DNA of 59,465 nt. Origin: a virus (taxonomy: Duplodnaviria > Caudoviricetes). Positions within the stretch are counted from its first letter, which is position 1, and each line of letters begins with the position of its first letter. The translations under genes were made by a program, and so were the position numbers. Location: positions 1 to 59,465 of the IMG/VR virus record IMGVR_UViG_3300032212_000005; one strand, written 5' to 3'. Below, one piece after another: positions 27,642 through 35,908 of this stretch. The notes beneath the pieces were generated by a model. It did not search any database and was not told the DNA's origin. It saw nothing but the letters and a program-made list of their open reading frames with translations.

Positions 27642-27671
27642 TCTCCCCCCCTGAAAAGGGGGCGAGACTTT
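27642..27671 (+). terminator. Putative terminator hairpin
   Basis: TCTCCCCCCC-TGAAAA-GGGGGCGAGA-CTTT. Confidence 0.55.
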
Positions 27672-27695
27672 CAACTTAAATAAGGAAAGTGGATT

Positions 27696-28208
27696 ATGGG
27701 TGTAGAAAACTCAAACGTTACACGCCGGTTTGTCAACGTATCAGGCAAGATCCGGTTGGCTTTCAAAGCCATCATGGAGCGGAAAACTGCCGCTGGCAAA
27801 ATGATCACCATGCTTTACGGCAATGGTACTGCTCGTATCAAACGAGTCCTGTTTGAAATGAGTACGCCGGAAACCGCAACGGATACGGCGACATTAACCG
27901 CTGCACAGATGTTGAGCGGTATCCTGGTGGCAACACCTACTGCGGCTGCAGCTTATACGACATTAACAGGTACGCTATTGCTTGCGGCTCTCCCCGAGCT
28001 GACGCCAGGCGACGCTTTTGATCTGACGATCATTAACTTAGGCGGAACCGGCGATGACATTACTTTCACTGCGGGTACTGACGTTTCGATTGTTGGTGAT
28101 CCGGTAGTTGGCCCGGTTGCAGACGTTGCAACTGAGCAGATGAGTTCAGGAACATTCCGTATTCGGTATGTGACTGGTACAACCTTTGTAGCGTACAGAG
28201 TAGCTTAA
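27696..28208 (+). CDS. Putative minor capsid/decoration protein
   Basis: ATLTAAQML.GI...TPTAAA..T; ends FVAYRVA. Confidence 0.65.
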   Translation: MGVENSNVTRRFVNVSGKIRLAFKAIMERKTAAGKMITMLYGNGTARIKRVLFEMSTPETATDTATLTAAQMLSGILVATPTAAAAYTTLTGTLLLAALPELTPGDAFDLTIINLGGTGDDITFTAGTDVSIVGDPVVGPVADVATEQMSSGTFRIRYVTGTTFVAYRVA

Positions 28209-28229
28209 TTCTGGCCTCATAAGGCATTT

Positions 28230-28261
28230 GGACCGGGGGACCCCACTCCGGTCCGTTTTTT
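28230..28261 (+). terminator. Intrinsic terminator
   Basis: GGACCGGGG...CTCCGGTCC followed by GTTTTTT. Confidence 0.7.
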
Positions 28262-28284
28262 CATTAAATCAGAGGGATTTACCC

Positions 28285-29097
28285 ATGACAGAAAATAACG
28301 AAGATCAAGTAGCACCCAAAAAACGCGGTCGAAAATCAAACGCGCAGAAAAAAATAGAACAAGAGCAGCTAGAGTCTGCCTCTACGCCAGAAACTGAAAT
28401 TCCCACAGAAGATGATGCATTGGCCGAAGCTGGAAGTGATCAGCTTGAAAACGCCAGCGAAAGCGAGCGTATTGACGCTGTTGAAGAGTCTTTGAATGAG
28501 GTCATGCTTGGTCAGGAAGAGACTTCGAGCAAGCTGGATAAGCTTACTGAAATGATGGCGAATTTTGCGACTCCTGCGGTTGCGCCTTCGACTGATGCTC
28601 TTCATACGCCCGTATCAATCACCAAAGACGCTTTGACTAACGATCAATTGGACGAGCGTACCAATATGCAGGACATCGAATTCCAGGACGTTGAGCCTGA
28701 AGATGATGCCCAGTTGGTTGAGCGTTCTCACATGAATATTGATACGCCTGAATTCAAAGAAAAGGCTGAAATGATGCGCTTTATGAACCAGCGTATCAAA
28801 ATCCTTGTTTACCCATCACAAGAGCAGTATGCGGATAAAACCCTAACTGTTGGCGTCAATGGTCGAACATTGGCAATTTTACGAGGAACACCGGCTATCC
28901 TGCCTCGTTGTTACGTTGAAGTTCTGGCGCGAGCAAAAGTATCTCGATACCAAAACATCGAACAGCGTAATGCTCAAACGAATGAGCGCGAAGTAGTTCA
29001 CCCGGAAACCCGCTCACCACGGAACATCTTTCAGGTGCTTGAAGACCGGCATCCGTTAGGACCGAAGTGGTTGACGAGAATCACTAACGAACGATAA
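28285..29097 (+). CDS. Conserved head-tail region protein
   Basis: KKRGRK, acidic linker, VGVNG...I.RG....PR.YVEVLARAK. Confidence 0.7.
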   Translation: MTENNEDQVAPKKRGRKSNAQKKIEQEQLESASTPETEIPTEDDALAEAGSDQLENASESERIDAVEESLNEVMLGQEETSSKLDKLTEMMANFATPAVAPSTDALHTPVSITKDALTNDQLDERTNMQDIEFQDVEPEDDAQLVERSHMNIDTPEFKEKAEMMRFMNQRIKILVYPSQEQYADKTLTVGVNGRTLAILRGTPAILPRCYVEVLARAKVSRYQNIEQRNAQTNEREVVHPETRSPRNIFQVLEDRHPLGPKWLTRITNER

Positions 29098-29106
29098 GCG
29101 ATATGT

Positions 29107-29829
29107 ATGGCAAGCCAGACATTTTTGCAGTTATGCCGAAACATGGCTCAGGAAGTGGGGATAACGGAAGAATCCGCTATTCCTTCTTCCGTCAACTCCC
29201 AGTCTGGCGAACTAGCCAGGGTAGTGCGCTGGGTAAAGCAAGCTAATGAAAGGCTAGGTAATTCAAAAGACTGGCGGTGGTTGCGTAAGGAATTTACGTT
29301 GACCACTACTGCCGGCACAGATACTTATTCATCTGTCGATTGCATCGACGTTGAAACAGGCTTGGCAATCGACCGTTTCAAAAGCTGGCGCCTTCAAGAT
29401 CGGGAGAATCCTCCTAAGCTATACCTGCAAACAGCTGGGGTAGCCGGCCAAATCCATTTGAATTATGCATCCTGGGATCAGTTCAGCGAGCTTTATAAGT
29501 TCGGATCACTGCAGACTACTCAAGGATTCCCCAATCACGTCACAATTGACCCTGATGACAATCTGGTATTGGGTCAAGTGCCGAATGATATCTATGTTAT
29601 CAACGGGTTTTATAATCGCTCAGGTCAGGTACTGGCTGCTGATGACGATATCCCGGACATGCCCGGTAAATACCATGACATCATTATGTATCGTGCAATA
29701 CGGTACTACGCCTTATTTGAGAGCGCACCTGAAGCCTTTGCACAGTTCAAAGAAGAATACGGCGTATTGCGCCGGCAGCTAAACAGAAATCAAGCGCCGA
29801 AGCTTCGCAAAGCCAGGTCAATGGCATGA
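29107..29829 (+). CDS. Head-tail adaptor (tail tubular A-like)
   Basis: TFLQLC, DWRWLR, PDMPGKYHDIIMYRA. Confidence 0.75.
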   Translation: MASQTFLQLCRNMAQEVGITEESAIPSSVNSQSGELARVVRWVKQANERLGNSKDWRWLRKEFTLTTTAGTDTYSSVDCIDVETGLAIDRFKSWRLQDRENPPKLYLQTAGVAGQIHLNYASWDQFSELYKFGSLQTTQGFPNHVTIDPDDNLVLGQVPNDIYVINGFYNRSGQVLAADDDIPDMPGKYHDIIMYRAIRYYALFESAPEAFAQFKEEYGVLRRQLNRNQAPKLRKARSMA

Positions 29830-31919
29830 GTATCCTAACGAGGTCGCCAAAACTGGCGAAACTCAGGGATTCTTATATTGATTTTCGAAATGGATTAGAT
29901 CAGCTAACGCCTAAATGGAAAGCCAAAGATTCCGTTCAAGACTGTCTTAATTTTGAGATGGGTGTTGAGCTGGGATATCAGGATATTGAAGGCTACGAGC
30001 GATATGATGGGCAAACAAGCCCTTCTAGCGTTACTTATTCAATCCTGGATGTCACTATCAGCGGGTCTGTTTCTGTTGGTGACACTATCACTGGTGTCAC
30101 ATCATCAGCAACGGCAGTTGTTCTGGCTATTGTCACATCAGAAGATCCTGATTATCTGGTAGTGACAAAAATTACCGGCACTTTCGAGCCAGGCGGAGAA
30201 GTTCTGAATGTAAGTGGCGCGCCTGAAGCTACTAGCCTTGGCTCACCTTCAGCTGACGCAGCATCAAACAGCATGCTTTCCGCACAGTACAAGAATCTGG
30301 CAGCCGATGAATATCGTTCAGATATCGCTGCTGTTCCAGGTTCAGGTCAAATCCGAGGTATTTGGATGCTCGATAACATTGTTTATGCGTTCAGAGATAA
30401 TGCCGGCGCCACAGCCTGCGTGATGCACAAGGCTTCAACAAGCGGTTGGGTCGCGATTGATCTAGGCCTGGAACTGTCTTTTACGTCTGGTGGCACTTAT
30501 GAAATCGCAGAAGGCAACACAATCACAGGCGCCACATCTGGCGCCACAGCCGTTATTACCCGTGTGGTGCTGGAATCTGGATCCTTTAGCGCTGGTGATG
30601 CAGCCGGGCGCGTAATCTTCGCTTCTCAGACCGGAACATTCCAAGCAGAGAATTTAGATGTTGGCGGAAACCTCAATGTAGCGACCATTGCCGGCGATTC
30701 CGATGCAATTACTATGTTGCCTGGGGGGCGGTTTGAGTTCTACAACACGAATTTCGGCGGTTTGTTTGGCGAAAAGCGCATTTATGGTGTTGATGGTGTA
30801 AATCGCGGCTTTGAATTCGACGGTACAGTATTTGTCCCCATTGAAACTGGTATGAGTACGGACAATCCGCTCCATGTGACCGAGCATAAAAACCATTTGT
30901 TTTTTTCCTATTCTGGATCCGCACAGCATTCAGGTATCGGTACGCCATACATTTGGTCGCCTGTATTTGGCGCAGCTGAGTTAGCTACTGGCGATCAGAT
31001 CAATTCGTTTATTGTTGAGCCTGGGTCGGAAATCGGTGGCACCCTGGCGATTCTCAACGCCAATCGAGTGAATATGCTCTACGGTTCATCCAGTGCTGAC
31101 TGGAATCTCGTGAAGTTCAGAAAAGATATCGGAGCATTGCCGTATACGGCGCAGTCCATGACCAGTACGTTTTTCTTTGGTGATCGAGGGATAACGGACC
31201 TACCGACAACTGAGCGGTTTGGTAACTTCCAGTACGCGACACACAGCCGGATGATTCAAAAGTTCATCAATGAAAAGAAAATCAATGCGAGCGCTTCATG
31301 TATCGCGAGAGATAAAAACCAATACCGGGTCTTTTTTAGTGATGGATATGGCCTTTACACCACATTGAACAAAGATGGCTCGGTAATGGGCATGATGCCA
31401 GTTTCTTTTATTGATGAAATCAACTGTATGTTCTCCCTGGAGAATAACAGCGAAGTTGAAGTAATCATGTTTGGGTCAGATAACGGTTTTGTTTATCAAT
31501 TGGACAAAGGCACATCATTTGATGGCGAGCCCATATCGGCATTTTTGACAACTCAATTTGATTTTGGCGGCTTACTCCGATGGTTAAAGCGTTACAGCAC
31601 GGCTGCTCTCGAAGGAGAAGGCACGGGATACGCGGCTTTTGATTTTAGCTGGGTAATTAGCTACGGCAGTTCTACCAAGCACCAAGAAAACCCAAAGAAC
31701 AAAGTGATTGATTTGACTAGTGCGAAATGGGACACCGGAGAAACATGGGATAGCGGTGGATTTTGGGATGGCCAGTCTATTAAACCGGCAGTTCTCAAGT
31801 TAACTGGAAGCGGCGAAAATATTGCATTCACGATTGCAAAGAATTCTGATTACTTCAGCCCGGTACGGTGGTCTGGAATCTTTTATCAGTTTTCATTGCG
31901 AAGAAAGTTGAGGAACTAG
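29826..31919 (+). CDS. Tail nozzle / P22-gp10-like beta-propeller
   Basis: EGYERYDG, HKNHLFF, KNQYRVFFSDG, GTSFDGEPI; internal duplicated beta domain. Confidence 0.75.
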   Translation: MSILTRSPKLAKLRDSYIDFRNGLDQLTPKWKAKDSVQDCLNFEMGVELGYQDIEGYERYDGQTSPSSVTYSILDVTISGSVSVGDTITGVTSSATAVVLAIVTSEDPDYLVVTKITGTFEPGGEVLNVSGAPEATSLGSPSADAASNSMLSAQYKNLAADEYRSDIAAVPGSGQIRGIWMLDNIVYAFRDNAGATACVMHKASTSGWVAIDLGLELSFTSGGTYEIAEGNTITGATSGATAVITRVVLESGSFSAGDAAGRVIFASQTGTFQAENLDVGGNLNVATIAGDSDAITMLPGGRFEFYNTNFGGLFGEKRIYGVDGVNRGFEFDGTVFVPIETGMSTDNPLHVTEHKNHLFFSYSGSAQHSGIGTPYIWSPVFGAAELATGDQINSFIVEPGSEIGGTLAILNANRVNMLYGSSSADWNLVKFRKDIGALPYTAQSMTSTFFFGDRGITDLPTTERFGNFQYATHSRMIQKFINEKKINASASCIARDKNQYRVFFSDGYGLYTTLNKDGSVMGMMPVSFIDEINCMFSLENNSEVEVIMFGSDNGFVYQLDKGTSFDGEPISAFLTTQFDFGGLLRWLKRYSTAALEGEGTGYAAFDFSWVISYGSSTKHQENPKNKVIDLTSAKWDTGETWDSGGFWDGQSIKPAVLKLTGSGENIAFTIAKNSDYFSPVRWSGIFYQFSLRRKLRN

Positions 31920-31921
31920 AC

Positions 31922-33787
31922 ATGACAGATTGGTTTAACGCTGCGGGGGTTCCCGGTAATAGTGCCGGCATTGTTTCTCAGACTGTGAGAAATGAATTTG
32001 CCGCGATTCAACAAAACATATCAGAGAAGTTGCCTACATTGACCGGAAATGGAAGCAAGGCAATCTTTGTCAATTCTGGTGCTACCGGGCTTGAAGCTGT
32101 TTCCGCTACCACTGCAAGAACTAACCTGGGCTTAGGAACTATCTCTACCCAGGACGCTGACACGGTTTCAATCACTGGTGGTGCAGTTGATGGAACAGTA
32201 ATCGGCGCAATCACACCTGCAGCTGCTAGTTTCACTGCCCTATCAGCTTCCACCACGCTGGCCGTAACAGGACAAACGACCCTTCAGTCTCAGATTGACA
32301 TAGGTGGCAATGCGACAGGCGCAGCGTCAGGTCGGGGGCAGATAGGTGCCGGAACAATCAACGGCCTCCAGCTTCTCGGGCAGGGTACAACTTACGACGC
32401 CCACTTGGCTAGACGCGATGGCTCGATCGCTCTTGGTGTAGACGCCAATACGCAGAATATCTCGGTGGTAGGTACATTTATCGCCAACGTGGGCGGCGAG
32501 CGTTTCGGTGTCCAGCAGGACGGGGCTGGCATGTACTTCGGTGGCCTAGATGCTGGCGACGTTCGTGTCACTGCAAACAATACGACGCACCTTACATTGG
32601 ATGGCTCGGGTAATACCTCGGCCGCTGGTTCGATTACTGTCCCACACACCGCAGGTTATTACTTCGGTAACGGCTATCTCGGAGAGCCTGATACTAACTG
32701 GGGATGGTTGCTTAAACCTGATACGGCCTCGGGAGGCACAGCGAATGGGGCGATTCTGGACTCCTCATCAGCAGCCTTGCTGTCGTTCAATGACTCATCT
32801 AAAGCCGCCACGTTTGCCGGAGGTGTGACCGTAAACGCTGCCCAGTTAAAGACCACAAGCTCAGCGGCCAACTTCGGTCTAGAGGTGGAGTCTACTGCCG
32901 CATCAGCGGGTCTTGTAGTTAAGTCTGCATCAGCTTTAGCAGGGTACGTATTCTTCTACGCTGGCGGTACAGAATCCGGTCGTATCACTGGGTTCGGTGG
33001 TGGTGGGGGTATGGACTTCGGTTACGGCTCTTCCGCTACGAAAGCCTTCGGGTTTGATAGCGGGGGTAATTCCACATTCAATGGTAGGGTCACGGTAAGT
33101 GCTGGATCCAACAACGGTCTAGTGGTGAACGACGGTACCGTCAACGGCATCGCGTACTGCAGCACAACACTGACCAACTCCTTCGCCATAGGCACGACAA
33201 CGGCTCACCCTACAATTATCGGGGCGGGTAACACGTTCCCTATTATCACGGTGAACACGGATTCCACGGTTAGTCTTGCAGACGACCTCGGTTTGTCTAA
33301 CGACCAAGGAATCTACTGGGGATCTTCTGACCGAGCGTTTGTCGCTGGTAACGACGGGGCAAGCAGTGACGGGTACGTTAGCCTCGGTGTCAACAGCGCA
33401 GGCTTGACCTTGGACACCAGCAATAACGCGACGTTCTCAGCATCCGTCAATATCAACAACTCGACTGCTCCGGCTTCTGGCGTAGAGCTTCAGGTAAGTG
33501 GTAATGCTTTGGTTGACGGCAACCTTAGCGTTGGGGATGGAAACACTCTGGGCACCGCTACTGCTCTTACTCATACAGGTATTTTGCTTACTGGCGCGAC
33601 AACCTGTGCCGTGAACTTCAACGCGGCGGCTAATACCGGATCTATTGTCTTCGGAGCCTCTGGCGGCGGAGCAGGCGCGGATGACTTGGCGTTTCTTAAC
33701 TTTAACGAGATATTCCTGAATCTACCTACATCAGCAGGTACAACAGGCTCTCTCTGGAATGATGGCGGGACAGTGAAAGTATCGTAG
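31922..33787 (+). CDS. Tail fibre / receptor-binding protein
   Basis: VRNEFAAI anchor, ARTNLGLGTISTQDA, G/T/A-rich repeats, ends LWNDGGTVKVS. Confidence 0.85.
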   Translation: MTDWFNAAGVPGNSAGIVSQTVRNEFAAIQQNISEKLPTLTGNGSKAIFVNSGATGLEAVSATTARTNLGLGTISTQDADTVSITGGAVDGTVIGAITPAAASFTALSASTTLAVTGQTTLQSQIDIGGNATGAASGRGQIGAGTINGLQLLGQGTTYDAHLARRDGSIALGVDANTQNISVVGTFIANVGGERFGVQQDGAGMYFGGLDAGDVRVTANNTTHLTLDGSGNTSAAGSITVPHTAGYYFGNGYLGEPDTNWGWLLKPDTASGGTANGAILDSSSAALLSFNDSSKAATFAGGVTVNAAQLKTTSSAANFGLEVESTAASAGLVVKSASALAGYVFFYAGGTESGRITGFGGGGGMDFGYGSSATKAFGFDSGGNSTFNGRVTVSAGSNNGLVVNDGTVNGIAYCSTTLTNSFAIGTTTAHPTIIGAGNTFPIITVNTDSTVSLADDLGLSNDQGIYWGSSDRAFVAGNDGASSDGYVSLGVNSAGLTLDTSNNATFSASVNINNSTAPASGVELQVSGNALVDGNLSVGDGNTLGTATALTHTGILLTGATTCAVNFNAAANTGSIVFGASGGGAGADDLAFLNFNEIFLNLPTSAGTTGSLWNDGGTVKVS

Positions 33788-33808
33788 AATCGCCAAATAC
33801 GAGCTTTT

Positions 33809-33949
33809 ATGAAAGAACTCATGATGTATTTTGAATGTTTTGCATTTTTCGTTGCGTATTTGTGTGAATTTGGATTCAAGGTTATGCTAAAAACAAGTTC
33901 GAGATTTGAGCAAGTCGCTCTCCCGAATTGTCCGCGTGTTGTGGACTAA
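33809..33949 (+). CDS. Possible 46-aa hydrophobic peptide (not in track)
   Basis: MKELMMYFECFAFFVAYLCEF...; fills the gap and ends 3 nt before the PAS gene; weak RBS. Confidence 0.3.
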   Translation: MKELMMYFECFAFFVAYLCEFGFKVMLKTSSRFEQVALPNCPRVVD

Positions 33950-33952
33950 GGC

Positions 33953-34540
33953 ATGATTAGAATGAATGACACAGCATCGGCGGTATTGAAGCAGATAGGG
34001 CCGGTAGCGGCAGTATTGCTCGGTATGATGTACATGTACTTCAACCCCACGCAAGAAACCCAATTCAATTCAAATCTGATGGCGAGGCTTGCTGAGACTG
34101 AGAAGAAAGCTGATTTCTGCCTGAATGAGAGTGCAAAACTCCGCCAAGAGTTAGATGAAGTCTCCTTCAAATTCACGCTGTTTAAAATGGGGCAGGATTC
34201 ACTTCCTTTTCCTACCTGGCAGAAAGATGCGACGGGCAAGATCGTTTTTGCCAATGCAGCGTATGAGAGGATGTTTCTTGCGCCCCGTGGCTATTCGTTA
34301 AGTGATTACATTGGCCATAATGATTATGCTGTATGGGACAAAGAGACTGCAGATGCTTTTACCGCAAATGATAATTATGTTCTCGAAACAGGTCGAATTA
34401 TTGAGGTTCAAGAACCGATTGATCAGCCCGAGGGTGGCGCAAAGCTTCGCAGAGTGTTCAAATATCCAATCAAGATAAACGGGGTGAGCTTCGGCACAGG
34501 TGGCTTGGTGATTCCCAGTAGCAAGATAGCGACCGAATGA
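33953..34540 (+). CDS. Membrane-anchored PAS-domain protein (TM + coiled coil + PAS_4-like)
   Basis: DSLPFPTWQKDATGKIVFANAAYE...YIGHNDYAVWDKETADAF..ND..VL...KYPI...GTGG. Confidence 0.88.
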   Translation: MIRMNDTASAVLKQIGPVAAVLLGMMYMYFNPTQETQFNSNLMARLAETEKKADFCLNESAKLRQELDEVSFKFTLFKMGQDSLPFPTWQKDATGKIVFANAAYERMFLAPRGYSLSDYIGHNDYAVWDKETADAFTANDNYVLETGRIIEVQEPIDQPEGGAKLRRVFKYPIKINGVSFGTGGLVIPSSKIATE

Positions 34541-34827
34541 TATTAGTCGAATGGCCAGTGACCGCAATTGTATGGTTTCTATCGAATCTAGCCATTACCG
34601 CTGCCTATTGTTTTTTCATTGCGATTCACGGATTAGAAAACGTGCCCAGGCGACTCACCAGCGCATTTATCTATTCGTGCGGGATTGGTCATCTTGGCAT
34701 TGCTGGATTTTTGATTTTCCTAAACCACAACTATTTCGCTTTTTTACTGATCACTATTTGGGATATGGGAACGGCTTGCGCCAGTGTGATTGCCGCCTAC
34801 CACTCTTGGAAATTAGCGAAAACATAA
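34537..34827 (+). CDS. Stand-alone ethylene-receptor-like three-TM domain
   Basis: SNLAITAAY / AFIYSCGIGHL / DMGTACASVIAA match ETR1 SDFFIAIAY / AFIVLCGATHL / KVLTAVVSCATA. Confidence 0.75.
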   Translation: MILVEWPVTAIVWFLSNLAITAAYCFFIAIHGLENVPRRLTSAFIYSCGIGHLGIAGFLIFLNHNYFAFLLITIWDMGTACASVIAAYHSWKLAKT

Positions 34828-34882
34828 TTTTCAAAGTAGAATTACTTCACCTTAAAACACGAATCGCAAAGAGGGCGAAAAC

Positions 34883-35320
34883 ATGGGTCAAATTACATTA
34901 GTCACAAAGGATTTACTGGACGCTCAGGGTGCGCTTTCAGATATAGGGCAGCAAAAGAAACTGCCTGGAAAAATGGTGCGACAAGTAACTCGCCTTTTGC
35001 GTGAAGCAGGCAGCGCTATTGATGATTACAGCGCGGCTCGAAAGTCGGTTGCTAGTCGTTACGATACAAAAATCAATGATGAGGGCGTTGAGGTCGTTGT
35101 TCCCGAGCAGGTCACAGAGTACCAAAAAGAAATTGAGGAGCTGGACCGGGAGAAAGTAACGCTATTGGGCGTTACCTTCATAGATTATGAACAACTTGAA
35201 GAGTTGGCCGAAAAGAAAAAGGTCGAACTCAGCGGGGCTTTGTTATCGGGCTTGATGCCATTCTTGAAAAACTTTGAGGATGCAGAGTACGAAGACGAAG
35301 AGGACCAAGACGAGGATTAA
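34883..35320 (+). CDS. Hypothetical protein (DUF1617-like)
   Basis: Helical with an acidic tail; common after tail-fibre genes. Confidence 0.65.
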   Translation: MGQITLVTKDLLDAQGALSDIGQQKKLPGKMVRQVTRLLREAGSAIDDYSAARKSVASRYDTKINDEGVEVVVPEQVTEYQKEIEELDREKVTLLGVTFIDYEQLEELAEKKKVELSGALLSGLMPFLKNFEDAEYEDEEDQDED

Positions 35321-35341
35321 ACGGCATGGAGGTTTGCCAGG

Positions 35342-35908
35342 GTGGATAAGGAATTTTTCGCACAGATACATAAAGTATTGCTTCACCCTGCTCAGTTTCT
35401 GACAGCTATGGGCGCCGCCATGATCTACTTTTCCATGGACATGGAAGGCACTCAGTTTGAATTGTTCTTTGGTGGCGGCTTTATCCTGGGATTGACCGGG
35501 ACCGTGCTAGCCATATTACTGATCCTATGGCCCAAAGATCCAAGGAAAGAGCGTCGTCCGCCAATTGGTGTCACAGCGTCGCTCACAACCAAATCACTTG
35601 CTATCCGGTGTTTTAATTCTAAGTTAGATGAAAGCGGAGATTACCTGGATGAAGGATGGGTAACATTTGACTATGCCTCTAATCTGATCACAGAAGACCA
35701 TGAATATACCAGATTGCAACTGGCTGCTATGATAGGCAGAGAGCCAAGCGAAGAAGAAATTAAGGTTTTTGCCAGAAAAGAAACTGAATTACGTTTAGAT
35801 CTTGCATGCATGCTCCGGTTAATTCATCGAAAAGTGGATGAAAGCGGTAATGTTTGGCTTCGTAGTTCAGAATTTGAAAATATGACTGTTATGGGAGCGC
35901 CCACATAA
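35342..35908 (+). CDS. Two-TM membrane protein with a soluble C-terminal domain
   Basis: GGAGG RBS; two hydrophobic segments followed by PKDPRKERR. Confidence 0.65.
   Translation: MDKEFFAQIHKVLLHPAQFLTAMGAAMIYFSMDMEGTQFELFFGGGFILGLTGTVLAILLILWPKDPRKERRPPIGVTASLTTKSLAIRCFNSKLDESGDYLDEGWVTFDYASNLITEDHEYTRLQLAAMIGREPSEEEIKVFARKETELRLDLACMLRLIHRKVDESGNVWLRSSEFENMTVMGAPT

Noticed and set aside
31922-33787. Diversity-generating retroelement or invertible tail-fibre system
   Set aside because: No reverse transcriptase, invertase, template/variable repeat pair or flanking inverted repeats seen
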